A program made the translations under genes and the position numbers. 64,000 bases of DNA from Chitinophagales bacterium (GTDB lineage Bacteria; Bacteroidota; Bacteroidia; Chitinophagales; JADIYW01). Shown one piece after another: positions 1 through 9,608 of the stretch. The notes under the pieces were generated by a model. That model did no database searches. It was given only the letters and a program-made list of their open reading frames with translations, and was not told the DNA's origin. Where the stretch lies: the NCBI GenBank assembly GCA_044227665.1, contig JBGAWK010000004.1:10901-74900 (forward strand). Direction: 5' to 3'. The first letter of the stretch is position 1; every line of letters begins with the position of its first letter.

Positions 1-1032
1 TTTGATATTCGCAAGCACAAACCGGCATTGGATATTAGAGAAAATATTTTTTACAGAGGCATAAGCGGTTATACGCTAAAAGTGGGGAGCAAGTCTGCCG
101 ACAATACCACCATATACGATATCATCTTATATGACCACAGCTCTGGCAGAGGCAATGACAACGTATTACTTGCCGACAAAGGAGAACTATACCTAAGCCA
201 AGACGAGAAATATTTAATCCTCAATGTATATAATGGCGTACAGTACCAAGATATGAGCCAGCGTAAAGAATTTGCCTTCTATCCCAAGGAGCAAACTTCT
301 ACCTACTTTGACAAGCTACACAAGGTTTTTGACCTCACAGAATTCAAGCTTACGCGCACCGATCAGGCATTATTCAAGGGTAATTATCAGATGATGAACA
401 CGCAGCAGATGCGTCATGAAATAGATTCTATCAGAGGAAGCTTTTCTTTGGAATATAAAGACATATATAACTTTAGTGGCAGCTATCTGGGTATAAAGAA
501 GAACCCTAATGCCTTTGTGGACAGCACTTTACTTTCAGGAACTTTAGATAAGATAGCCTACCAAAAGATATTGCAAAGTCATGAAATCAGTACTACTTTG
601 AAACAAAAAGTAAAAGATGATATTATGACTCTGCAGTCCAACATGGATGCTAATCTGGAGCAAAGAAAAAATAAGATTTCTGATATTGCGGAATATAAAA
701 CAGAATACTATAAAAAATTCAATCTCTCGCTTTCCTGTATGATACTCTTCCTTATAGGCAGCAGCATGGGTGCTATAGTTCGCAAGGGCGGCTTTGGAAT
801 GCCTATCCTTATTTCTGTGATCTACTACATGCTATTTCATGTCCTAAATATGGGTGGTGACAAACTTTCTACATACGAGATGTTGCCTCCAATATTAGGT
901 GCATGGCTATCCTCTATAGTACTTATGCCTATATCCATATTTATCTTGTGGAAAGCCAATACAGATACAAAGATTTTTAAGAATGAATTTAGACTAACTT
1001 TGCCTAGATGGTTGTTACAATCTTCCTCATAG
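1..1032 (+). CDS. LptF/LptG family LPS export permease (5' end lies before the window)
   Basis: Periplasmic beta-rich region then C-terminal TM helices with 'FLIGSSMGAIVRKGGFGMP', typical of LptF/G. Confidence 0.85.
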   Translation, partial: FDIRKHKPALDIRENIFYRGISGYTLKVGSKSADNTTIYDIILYDHSSGRGNDNVLLADKGELYLSQDEKYLILNVYNGVQYQDMSQRKEFAFYPKEQTSTYFDKLHKVFDLTEFKLTRTDQALFKGNYQMMNTQQMRHEIDSIRGSFSLEYKDIYNFSGSYLGIKKNPNAFVDSTLLSGTLDKIAYQKILQSHEISTTLKQKVKDDIMTLQSNMDANLEQRKNKISDIAEYKTEYYKKFNLSLSCMILFLIGSSMGAIVRKGGFGMPILISVIYYMLFHVLNMGGDKLSTYEMLPPILGAWLSSIVLMPISIFILWKANTDTKIFKNEFRLTLPRWLLQSSS

Positions 1033-2159
1033 CATCTCTGCTGTTGCCTGTAATATACAGTTATCTTATATATCCTGTAATTTTATATTTTCTTCCTACA
1101 AAGCCCTATAACTATACTCCATTTTTAATAGAAGAAAATCAAAAGGTAGCCCTTGTAATACCTGTACATAACGAAGAAAGAATATTGTCGGAAAAGTTGG
1201 ATAGTATATTCCAATCTACATTCCCAATCCAAAAATTAGAAATATTCTTATTATTGGATGATTGTACTGACGGCAGCTTGGCAATTGCTCAAAGCTACCA
1301 AAAAAAAGGTATAACCATACATATTTTATCTTTTGACAGCCGAATGGGAAAACCGAAGTTGCTCAATTCAATTATGCAAAAACTAGATAAGACTATCTAT
1401 CCTATAACCCTGCTTAGTGATGCTAACGTCGTCTTTTTGCCCAATACTATTGAAAATTTATTACGCCCTTTTTCTCAAAATATTATAGGATTAGTGGATA
1501 GCCGATTAGCTACCTGTGCAGATTTCAATATTCATGAAACCACATACTTGAAATATGAGTTGTATGTCAAAATGCTTGAATCGCAAAAATTAGGCGCTAT
1601 GCAGGGTCCTTTCGGTGGCTGCTATGCAATAAGAACAAATTTATATATCCCTATTCCTGAAAACTTTCTAGTAGATGACTTTTTTATAGGATCAAATGTG
1701 CTATTACAGGACTATCGCTCTGTACTTGCTGCCGATGCTTGCGTAGTAGAACATTATAAATCAGACTGGAGTAGTGAATTTCGGCGCAAGCGTAGAATCT
1801 CCGGTGGCAACTTCCAAAATCTCTTTTATCTTTTGCCTCTATTTATACAAAAAAGGAACTACTCTATATTCTTATGTTTTGTATCCCACAAGATGCTGCG
1901 ATGGCTATCTCCTTATTTGTTGATATGCACAGGACTTTCTACCCTATTTGCACTTTATCGTACCAACACCTTACTATATGCGGCAATCATAACCGGATTA
2001 CTATATATTCTTGATGTGTGTTTTTCACTGCTCTTCCGAACGCGTTCCACCGCTATGCGCATCCTATACTTTGTATGGATGAATATAGCCACAGCATTGG
2101 GAGGCTGGGACTATATCAGAGGTATCCGCAGTAATATCTGGCAGCGCACAGAGCGATAA
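1008..2159 (+). CDS. Glycosyltransferase family 2, membrane-anchored
   Basis: VIPVHNEE, LDDCTDGS, SDAN, VDDFF and RRKRRI motifs; N- and C-terminal TM segments. Confidence 0.88.
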   Translation: MVVTIFLIASLLLPVIYSYLIYPVILYFLPTKPYNYTPFLIEENQKVALVIPVHNEERILSEKLDSIFQSTFPIQKLEIFLLLDDCTDGSLAIAQSYQKKGITIHILSFDSRMGKPKLLNSIMQKLDKTIYPITLLSDANVVFLPNTIENLLRPFSQNIIGLVDSRLATCADFNIHETTYLKYELYVKMLESQKLGAMQGPFGGCYAIRTNLYIPIPENFLVDDFFIGSNVLLQDYRSVLAADACVVEHYKSDWSSEFRRKRRISGGNFQNLFYLLPLFIQKRNYSIFLCFVSHKMLRWLSPYLLICTGLSTLFALYRTNTLLYAAIITGLLYILDVCFSLLFRTRSTAMRILYFVWMNIATALGGWDYIRGIRSNIWQRTER

Positions 2160-2161
2160 AA

Positions 2162-3238
2162 TTAGCTATTCATCACCTTCGTCTGATGGCGAATACTTTC
2201 TTGATGTATGGCTTCAAAGAGTTCTTTGATAAACTCTTCTGTCAATTCTTTTTGCTGACCTTTTACGATTCTGTCATGTACAATCTCGTCCCATCTTCCG
2301 GTTTGCAATATTGTCATGGCATGATCTCTCTTAAACCCTCCTATCTGCCGTGCTATATCCATTCTTTCGGAAAGTATTTCCATAATATAATTATCTATCC
2401 TGTCGATATTTGCTCTAAGATTATCCAGTTTATTATCATGAATTTCTTCATGGCTCTCTCGGATGACGAGACCTTTCACTATCTCTCCGAGTCTTTGGGG
2501 TGTTACTTGTTGTGAAGCGTCACTCCATGCCTTATCTGGATTACAGTGACTTTCAAGCATAAGACCGTCATAGTCCAAGTCCATAGCCTTTTGGGCTACA
2601 GAGGCCAGAAGTTCTCTGCCGCCACATATATGACTGGGATCGCAGAATAATGGCATATCGGGATATAGTCTTTTGAGTTCTATAGGCAGCTCCCACATGG
2701 GCTTATTGCGGTATTTGGATTTCTCATAACTGGAAAATCCTCTATGTAATGCTCCTATTTTTGTGATTCCTGCTCTGTTGATACGTTCCATAGCCCCCAT
2801 CCACAATTGCAAGTCGGGGTTTACGGGGTTCTTCACCAACACCGGTATGGCTACACCTTCCAGTGCATCTGCTATCTCTTGCACGCTGAAAGGATTGGCA
2901 GTAGTACGTGCACCTATCCACAAGATATCTACTCCCGCTTTCAAGCAATCGAAGACATGCTCACGAGTGGCGACCTCTACTGCTACTGGTTTGCCTATAG
3001 CCTTACCTGCCTCCCGTAACCATCGGAGACCTTCCTTTCCAATGCCTTCGAACATACCCGGACGTGTTCGGGGCTTCCATATCCCTGCCCTAAGGATGTC
3101 TATACCCTGATCTTTCAATCCCAAGGCTGTTTCCATGACTTGATCTTCTGTCTCGGCACTGCAAGGGCCGGAGATAATTACTGGACGCTTGATGTTTAAG
3201 CCCCAATCTTCTAATTTTGTAATTTGTAACTGGCTCAT
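2162..3238 (-). CDS. Bifunctional DAHP synthase (type I-beta) / chorismate mutase
   Basis: GPCSAE, KPRTRP, IGAR and DPSH motifs; C-terminal chorismate mutase helices (LRANIDRID...RMDIARQIG). Confidence 0.92.
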   Translation of the reverse strand: MSQLQITKLEDWGLNIKRPVIISGPCSAETEDQVMETALGLKDQGIDILRAGIWKPRTRPGMFEGIGKEGLRWLREAGKAIGKPVAVEVATREHVFDCLKAGVDILWIGARTTANPFSVQEIADALEGVAIPVLVKNPVNPDLQLWMGAMERINRAGITKIGALHRGFSSYEKSKYRNKPMWELPIELKRLYPDMPLFCDPSHICGGRELLASVAQKAMDLDYDGLMLESHCNPDKAWSDASQQVTPQRLGEIVKGLVIRESHEEIHDNKLDNLRANIDRIDNYIMEILSERMDIARQIGGFKRDHAMTILQTGRWDEIVHDRIVKGQQKELTEEFIKELFEAIHQESIRHQTKVMNS

Positions 3239-3252
3239 TTTATTTATATTTA

Positions 3253-4095
3253 TTATTTTAAAATCTTTTTAATTTCATTGGCTTCCAACATAAACCGCCT
3301 AATCTCTTCAAAGTTTTTAGTTTTAATATTATCTCTAAAGAACTGCATTTTTTCTATATAGGTATCTAATACTTCTACCAAGTTATCTGCATTCTGCTGG
3401 AATATTTGTGTCCACATCTCAGGGGAGCTCTTGGCAAGTCGCACGGTAGAGGCAAAACCACCGCCGGCCATCGCCAACATGGCATTGTCACTCTTTTCCT
3501 TTTCCAATACAGTAGCCCCTAATACAAATGAGGTGATATGAGAGATATGGGACACATAAGCTGCATGGAGATCGTGGGATGAGGCATCCATATACAGTAG
3601 ATTCATCTTGAGATATTTGTACATGGTCTCTGCCAGTTTTAATGCATCTTCGTCACTATTTTCTTTGTCGCAAATAATAGCTACTTTATTATCAAATAAG
3701 TCTTCCAATGCTGCCGCTGGTCCTGAATACTCTGTTCCTGCCATGGGATGTGATGCCACAAACCTGCCCCTATTAGGATGATCTTTTACGGCTTCTATCA
3801 TTTTGTATTTTGTAGATCCCATATCCACGACTACGGACTTCTCAGGAATCCTGTCGAGAATATATATCAACTCATCTATCAAGATATTTACAGGAACACA
3901 CAGAAGAATCAACTTAGCTCTCTGTATAGCCTCATCTTTAGACACTACCTCGTCCACCAATCCCAAATCCAAAGCAATCTGAGAGTTATGCGGAGACCTG
4001 CCTACGCCTATAATCTCGGTGGCGAACTCACGCTTGCGCAAATCTAGCGCAGCAGAGCCACCTATCAATCCCATTCCTATTATCGCAATCTTCAT
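3253..4095 (-). CDS. tyrA: Prephenate dehydrogenase
   Basis: GMGLIGGS Rossmann fold, DMGSTK, HPMAGTE, HD..AYVSH. Confidence 0.93.
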   Translation of the reverse strand: MKIAIIGMGLIGGSAALDLRKREFATEIIGVGRSPHNSQIALDLGLVDEVVSKDEAIQRAKLILLCVPVNILIDELIYILDRIPEKSVVVDMGSTKYKMIEAVKDHPNRGRFVASHPMAGTEYSGPAAALEDLFDNKVAIICDKENSDEDALKLAETMYKYLKMNLLYMDASSHDLHAAYVSHISHITSFVLGATVLEKEKSDNAMLAMAGGGFASTVRLAKSSPEMWTQIFQQNADNLVEVLDTYIEKMQFFRDNIKTKNFEEIRRFMLEANEIKKILK

Positions 4096-4098
4096 GAC

Positions 4099-5268
4099 TT
4101 ACAGCATTAATTTTTGTATCCTCAAATATGCTAGTTCCAAGACATCTAAAGGGCTACACAATGATATTCTCAAATATCTTTCTCCTTTTTTTCCAAAAAT
4201 AAAGCCTGGAGTAATGAACACATCGGTTTCTTCCAATATTTTATCGGAAAGCAGCTCTGCACTCTGTAGGGAATCAGGGATTTTTGCCCACAAAAACATA
4301 CCCATCTGTAGGGAATCATATTTGCAGCCTAGGCTGTCCATAATTTTTTCTGCTACTATCCTTCTGCTGCGATATGCGGCATTGCGCTCTTCATGCCATT
4401 GTTCACCATTGGAAAGTGCTGCTATGGCTGCATCCTGAATCGGCAAGTACATTCCGGAATCCACATTGCTTTTTACTTTCAATATAGTATCTACATATAC
4501 TGATGCACCCAATACAGCACCTACTCTTGCTCCTGCCATATTGTGAGACTTGCTCAAAGAATTTAATTCCAAAGCTACCCCTCGTGCTTCTGGCACTTGA
4601 AATATAGAAAGTGGACTTTCATCATTGAGAATCAAGCTATACGGATTATCGTTTACGACCAAGAAGGAATATTGTTTTGCTTTTTTTACAATTTCTTCTA
4701 GAATACTTTTGCTTCCCTTGGCACCTGTGGGCATGTGTGGATAGCACACCCACATAATTTTAGCTTCATGTAGCAATTCCGGATCAATATTATTCCAGTC
4801 AGGAACCCATCCATTATTTTCGTCCAGAGGGTAATATATAGGCTCTGCTCCTGCTAAATAGGTTGCCGATGAATAGGTAGGATACCCGGGATCGGGAACT
4901 AGCACCTTGTCGCCAGGGTTCAGAAATGCATGAGAAATATGAGAGATGCCTTCTTTAGATCCTAAAAGTGGTAATATCTCAGTGTCGGGATTGAGAAACA
5001 CCTTGTAGGTGCGTTCATACCAAGATGACAAAGCCTTGCGCAGTTCTGGCGTACCAATATAACTCTGATAGCCGTGATTGGAAGGCATACTTGCCGAAAA
5101 TCGCAAAGCATCTATGGTCTTTGGGGATGGAGGCATATCTGGATTTCCTATGCCCAAGTTTATCACAGGTCTTCCTTGTATGACATACTCGCGTATCTGC
5201 TTGAGTTTGCGCGAGAAATAATATTCATTGATATTTTGTAATTTATCTGCTGCAGGTATTATCATCAT
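4099..5268 (-). CDS. PLP-dependent class I/II aminotransferase (probably aromatic/prephenate aminotransferase by context)
   Basis: NLGIGNPD, PDPGYPTY, DNPY, SLSKSHNMAGARVG (PLP lysine); lies within the Phe/Tyr operon. Confidence 0.85.
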   Translation of the reverse strand: MMIIPAADKLQNINEYYFSRKLKQIREYVIQGRPVINLGIGNPDMPPSPKTIDALRFSASMPSNHGYQSYIGTPELRKALSSWYERTYKVFLNPDTEILPLLGSKEGISHISHAFLNPGDKVLVPDPGYPTYSSATYLAGAEPIYYPLDENNGWVPDWNNIDPELLHEAKIMWVCYPHMPTGAKGSKSILEEIVKKAKQYSFLVVNDNPYSLILNDESPLSIFQVPEARGVALELNSLSKSHNMAGARVGAVLGASVYVDTILKVKSNVDSGMYLPIQDAAIAALSNGEQWHEERNAAYRSRRIVAEKIMDSLGCKYDSLQMGMFLWAKIPDSLQSAELLSDKILEETDVFITPGFIFGKKGERYLRISLCSPLDVLELAYLRIQKLML

Positions 5269-6107
5269 AAGTCTGTTTTATCGCCACAGGCATATTCCCC
5301 TAATATTATCATTTCATCCATCAGTAATGTGGCCTCTTCCATTGCTTTTTTGTAGGTATTGTAATCCAAAAATTCTAAGTCTGCATGGATATAATAAGAC
5401 CATTCCTCACCCAATACTGGCAATGATTGTATCTTGCTAAGGTTGATATTGTGGTTGCCAAAGATATTTAATGCTTGTGCTAAAGCTCCCGGCAGGTTTT
5501 TGACTCTGAATGAAATGGAGGATTTATTTACCACCTTGGGCGTAAGGCTGTCATCGTCATAGCGTTTGAGGGCAAGGAATCTTGTAAAATTCCTTTTATT
5601 AGTCTCTATGGATTTGGCTATCACCTCCAGTTCGAAAAGCTGTGCAGCATATATGCTGGTGAGTGCTCCTCTTCCCATAATCTTTTGTTCTGCTATCTCG
5701 TCCGCACTTAGAGCTGTATCCTTGGTCTCTACAATACGGATATGGGGGTGCTTGCGAAAGAATTCTGTGCATTGTAATATTGCCATGGGATGTGAATGTA
5801 CTTCTGCTATATCCGACAATTTCTGTCCTGGCATAGACACAAGGTTCATTTGTATGCGCAAGAATGCCTCTCCAAAGATTTTGAGATTTGCTTCTCTTAT
5901 CAGGGCATAATTGGGCAAGATTGTGCCGGCAACTGAATTCTCTATAGCCATTATGCCGTAGTCGGCTTTAGATGTCTTTAGTTTATCTACCAATTTTTGG
6001 AAGCTGTCACACTCAGAGAATACTATTCCTTCCTTTCCGAAAAATTTCTTCGCTGCCATCTCATGAAAAGAGGCTCGGAATCCTTGTATGGCTATTTTTT
6101 TCTTCAT
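5265..6107 (-). CDS. pheA: Prephenate dehydratase with ACT domain
   Basis: IENSVAG, SHPMA, NFTRF, NLSKIQSLP; ATG at 6107 preferred over TTG at 6116, which falls in the terminator U-tract. Confidence 0.92.
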   Translation of the reverse strand: MKKKIAIQGFRASFHEMAAKKFFGKEGIVFSECDSFQKLVDKLKTSKADYGIMAIENSVAGTILPNYALIREANLKIFGEAFLRIQMNLVSMPGQKLSDIAEVHSHPMAILQCTEFFRKHPHIRIVETKDTALSADEIAEQKIMGRGALTSIYAAQLFELEVIAKSIETNKRNFTRFLALKRYDDDSLTPKVVNKSSISFRVKNLPGALAQALNIFGNHNINLSKIQSLPVLGEEWSYYIHADLEFLDYNTYKKAMEEATLLMDEMIILGEYACGDKTDL

Positions 6108-6114
6108 TATGTTC

Positions 6115-6143
6115 AAAAAAAAAGTCCCGATTTTTCGGGACTT
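6115..6143 (-). terminator. Attenuator terminator hairpin upstream of pheA
   Basis: Minus strand AAGTCCCGA-AAAA-TCGGGACTT followed by a T run. Confidence 0.88.
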
Positions 6144-6178
6144 AGTATATGTTTTTTATAACTGTACCTGTCCCTTAA

Positions 6179-6220
6179 TTAAGAGAAAAAGTAAAAGCTA
6201 TAAAAAAATTGTCTGTACAT
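6179..6220 (-). CDS. Phe/Tyr-rich attenuator leader peptide MYRQFFYSFYFFS
   Basis: ATG TAC AGA CAA TTT TTT TAT AGC TTT TAC TTT TTC TCT TAA (5 Phe, 3 Tyr), located between the promoter and the terminator. Confidence 0.88.
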   Translation of the reverse strand: MYRQFFYSFYFFS

Positions 6221-6225
6221 GGCGG

Positions 6226-6233
6226 CAAATTTA
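6226..6233 (-). promoter_or_regulatory. Bacteroidota -7 promoter element (TAAATTTG) of the Phe/Tyr operon
   Basis: Matches TAnnTTTG, 5 nt before the leader ATG. Confidence 0.7.
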
Positions 6234-6309
6234 CAATGTTTTTGTATTTTAAGACTAAAATTTTTATTTATAACCATGATTTAACAAAAAGTATCTTATT
6301 GACAGAAGT

Positions 6310-8799
6310 CTATTTTTCCTTGGATTTTGCAGGTTTTTCTTTCCATGTCATATCCCAATCGAAACGCAGTGAATACTGGCGAGGTGCTTCCATCAATCCA
6401 GGACGTAAGGAATATTCATGATTTGTAACATTCTTGACTATAGCCGAAATTTTGAACATGTCGGCTTTGCCAAATTTATATCCTATACGCATATCTATAA
6501 TAAAATCACCTTTATATTGACGACCCAGCCTCTTGTCTTGGTAATTTTCGCGCTTATTACTTTCACGCCATTGGCGTAATGCTATTGCAGTACCATAGGT
6601 GGTAAGGGGACTTGTAAATACGCCGTCTAGGTTTTCCATAAAGCTGAAATATTGCCCTGTCACTCCTAGTTCTAGTCCATGAATACTTACATCCCAAGAG
6701 CCTGTGAATGTATGTCTGAAGCGATATTTTAGGATATTATAAGGAATACCTGTAGGATCTATAGCTATACCCGAGGCTGCTACCGAGTCATTGAAATCTA
6801 TATATTTTGGTACGATATACGTATATCCCAACATGGCTGTATATGGTATTTTCCCTAATTTGCCCTCGCCCATCAATCCTACTTCCATTCCATATATGCG
6901 TATGTCTCCGACATTGGTAGATCTAAAGCCTAATGAAGGTTGTGTAGTGATATTGAACTCCATCATATTTTTATACTGGGTATAAAATGCCGAAGCATCG
7001 GCATAGGCTTTGAAGCCTCCTATTTTCAATCCTTGTTTTATGCCTAGTTCATAGCTAAATCCTGTCTCGGACTCTAATAGTGGGTTGGGGAAGATTCCCA
7101 CATTGCCGCCTAGTGATGTTTGAATAAATTTCTCCGCTATGGTAGGGAATCTATAGCCCATACCGAAAGAGGTGCGCAAGAAAGTATATTCAGCAGCTTG
7201 ATAGTTGACACCAAATCTTCCCACGGGTTTCGTTTGCCGTTTGGTGTCTGTAATTTGATTGGTTTCCAGTCTAAAACCGGCAGAGATATTTAGTCTGTCA
7301 AAGAACTTCTTATCCAATTGCATATATAGCCCATAATTTGACCCTTTCAATACTTTGTCTCCATATAGTAGGGCAGATACGGTAATATATTGTGCAACTA
7401 CGCCACCGCTTATTACCATATTTATCTTGCTTATCTTCCTTTGGTATTGGTATTCTCCATACAGTAAATCTGAGAAATTGCTTTGATTATTGGTATTATT
7501 ATTGTCCACTTTATACCATCTACCTAGAATTTTGTGGCTATTGCCTTTTTCATCTAAATAACGGAAATAGGGATCGAGTGTTAGCTTTAGACCTTTGGTC
7601 TCTGTAGAGGCTCCTGTGAGTCCAAAATTGGATATATACCTATCTCCACCAGAAGGAATAGTATAATCAGAAGAACCATTATATAAGAAGAAACTTTGGC
7701 TCTTGGACTGCTGGTAGTTGAAATTTATTCCTACGCTAATATTTTGGGTTATCCGATACCTAGTCTGTAAGCTCAGTCTTCCATAATTGTTATTAGCTTG
7801 GTATTTGTAGTCATTGACGAACTTACCCATAGCACCTGCAACGACATCGAATTTTCCGAATTGCTGCCTGTGCCCCACCAGAAAACCTGTCTCATAAGGA
7901 CGGCTATAATCGGAAATATCTATAGTATCATAATCGGTACTATTTATATCTCCATTTTTATATATTATTTGATCTTTTTTCCACCAAGCTTTATCCACTT
8001 TTACTTTCTCTACTTTGTCAGTAAAAGGGTCATATTTATAATCTGTCTGATTTGGAGCATTCCAGATCCCTCCGAATAGGCTAATTTTTGTTTTGGGCTC
8101 ATTGGTAGGATACGCGGTACGCACATTAATGATACCATTCATAGCCGAGGATCCGTATAGTGCTGAACTAGCCCCTTTTATAATTTCTATTTGTCCTATA
8201 TTTTCTATAGGTAGGGAAGTCCAAGATGGAAATCCTGCGTCAGCTTGTAAAATTGGTAAGTCATCCAATAATAGGAGTACTCTACTACCTGCACCATAAG
8301 AATATCCCGAACCTCCTCGTATATTCGCTTGTCCATCAATAATTGTTACGCCAGGATTTTTTTGTACTGCTTGGGAGACATCTGTAAGATTTTGCCTTTC
8401 TAGAAACTGTGGTTTCATCACGTCCATGGATACCGTTTGTTCCCCTAACTTCTGTTCAAACTTAGAGCCTGTAACTACTACGGTCTCTAGCAAGGTAGGT
8501 TCTTCTCCCATAACTAAATCTATAATCTTCGTCTCACCACCTTGAACTTGCACTCTTATATTGCGAGTCAAATAGCCCGTATAACTAAATACAAGACTTA
8601 CTACACCTGAGGGAACTACTAAGGAATACGCCCCATCTATATCAGAGATGGCACCTAATGTAGTGCCTTCGACAACTATATTTACACCAATTAATGTTTC
8701 TCTAGAAATTGAATCAGTAATAATTCCCTTGATAGTGGTTTCTTGTGCATTAGTACTAAATACACATAATATAAACAATAGGCTAACGAATCTTCTCAT
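6310..8799 (-). CDS. TonB-dependent receptor with N-terminal carboxypeptidase-regulatory-like domain
   Basis: Signal peptide (MRRFVSLLF..), 'GVNIVVEGTTLG' domain, plug (IRGGSG..IEIIKGASSALYGS), barrel motifs (NPLLESE); TATTTTTG promoter at 8821-8828 favours ATG 8799. Confidence 0.92.
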   Translation of the reverse strand: MRRFVSLLFILCVFSTNAQETTIKGIITDSISRETLIGVNIVVEGTTLGAISDIDGAYSLVVPSGVVSLVFSYTGYLTRNIRVQVQGGETKIIDLVMGEEPTLLETVVVTGSKFEQKLGEQTVSMDVMKPQFLERQNLTDVSQAVQKNPGVTIIDGQANIRGGSGYSYGAGSRVLLLLDDLPILQADAGFPSWTSLPIENIGQIEIIKGASSALYGSSAMNGIINVRTAYPTNEPKTKISLFGGIWNAPNQTDYKYDPFTDKVEKVKVDKAWWKKDQIIYKNGDINSTDYDTIDISDYSRPYETGFLVGHRQQFGKFDVVAGAMGKFVNDYKYQANNNYGRLSLQTRYRITQNISVGINFNYQQSKSQSFFLYNGSSDYTIPSGGDRYISNFGLTGASTETKGLKLTLDPYFRYLDEKGNSHKILGRWYKVDNNNTNNQSNFSDLLYGEYQYQRKISKINMVISGGVVAQYITVSALLYGDKVLKGSNYGLYMQLDKKFFDRLNISAGFRLETNQITDTKRQTKPVGRFGVNYQAAEYTFLRTSFGMGYRFPTIAEKFIQTSLGGNVGIFPNPLLESETGFSYELGIKQGLKIGGFKAYADASAFYTQYKNMMEFNITTQPSLGFRSTNVGDIRIYGMEVGLMGEGKLGKIPYTAMLGYTYIVPKYIDFNDSVAASGIAIDPTGIPYNILKYRFRHTFTGSWDVSIHGLELGVTGQYFSFMENLDGVFTSPLTTYGTAIALRQWRESNKRENYQDKRLGRQYKGDFIIDMRIGYKFGKADMFKISAIVKNVTNHEYSLRPGLMEAPRQYSLRFDWDMTWKEKPAKSKEK

Positions 8800-8901
8800 T
8801 TTCTTTAAGTAATTATTTCCCAAAAATAAATAAATCGTATTAATAGGCAATAGATAAATATTTTTTTACTACAATTATATTAATTTTCCTTTGGGTATAA
8901 A

Positions 8902-8935
8902 AAAATAAAGGCTGCCCGAAGGCAGCCTTTATTTT
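8902..8935 (-). terminator. Intrinsic terminator after the lipoprotein gene (possibly bidirectional)
   Basis: AAAATAAAGGCTGCC-cgaa-GGCAGCCTTTATTTT perfect inverted repeat. Confidence 0.85.
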
Positions 8936-8954
8936 AATAAGTTAAGTGCATTTC

Positions 8955-9488
8955 TTATTGCTTAGCCATATTAGCATTTACTTTCACGATGCCGCCACCT
9001 ATATTTTTTCCATCAATGATAGATAAATCAGGATCTGTCGTATGTATTACCCCAGTTTGAACTGTAAGCTTAAACTTAAGTGCTGATCCAGCAGTTTTGC
9101 CATTTAAAGTTCCTGAACCAGTAAGTTTCAAATTTGTAACTTTAGTTTCGTTACCTGCTGTATCTAGGGGACTTACGATGAACTCTGAAGACTCAAAACT
9201 AGGTATAACCACAGAGCCGTTCTCACTTACAGTACCTTCAAAACTCGCATCCAATATCTTACTATAAACGTTTACTTTATTATCACCTACAGTAGTATTG
9301 GTTACAAATACAGTATCCGTAACGGGGTCTATAATTGCCCCTAATCCTTCAAATGAATATGTCCCACGATACTCGCCCAAGAAGTCTGCTTCCGTATAAG
9401 TTACTTTTTCATCATCTTTACATGAGGTAACAAAAGATAGTGCGGCAACAGCCAATACTGTAAAAAATAAAAATCTAGATTTTTTCAT
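8955..9488 (-). CDS. Lipoprotein, beta-rich (calycin-like?)
   Basis: Lipobox FVTSC followed by KDDE surface-export-type signal; beta-strand pattern. Confidence 0.7.
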   Translation of the reverse strand: MKKSRFLFFTVLAVAALSFVTSCKDDEKVTYTEADFLGEYRGTYSFEGLGAIIDPVTDTVFVTNTTVGDNKVNVYSKILDASFEGTVSENGSVVIPSFESSEFIVSPLDTAGNETKVTNLKLTGSGTLNGKTAGSALKFKLTVQTGVIHTTDPDLSIIDGKNIGGGIVKVNANMAKQ

Positions 9489-9608
9489 ATTTTATAAATT
9501 AGTTTTATAGTTAGACGACAAATATATTGATAAGATTGTATAGTAGGTTAGAATTTTACTATTATTAGGTATTTTTTTATTAACACAATTTTTACTATCC
9601 ATTAATAA

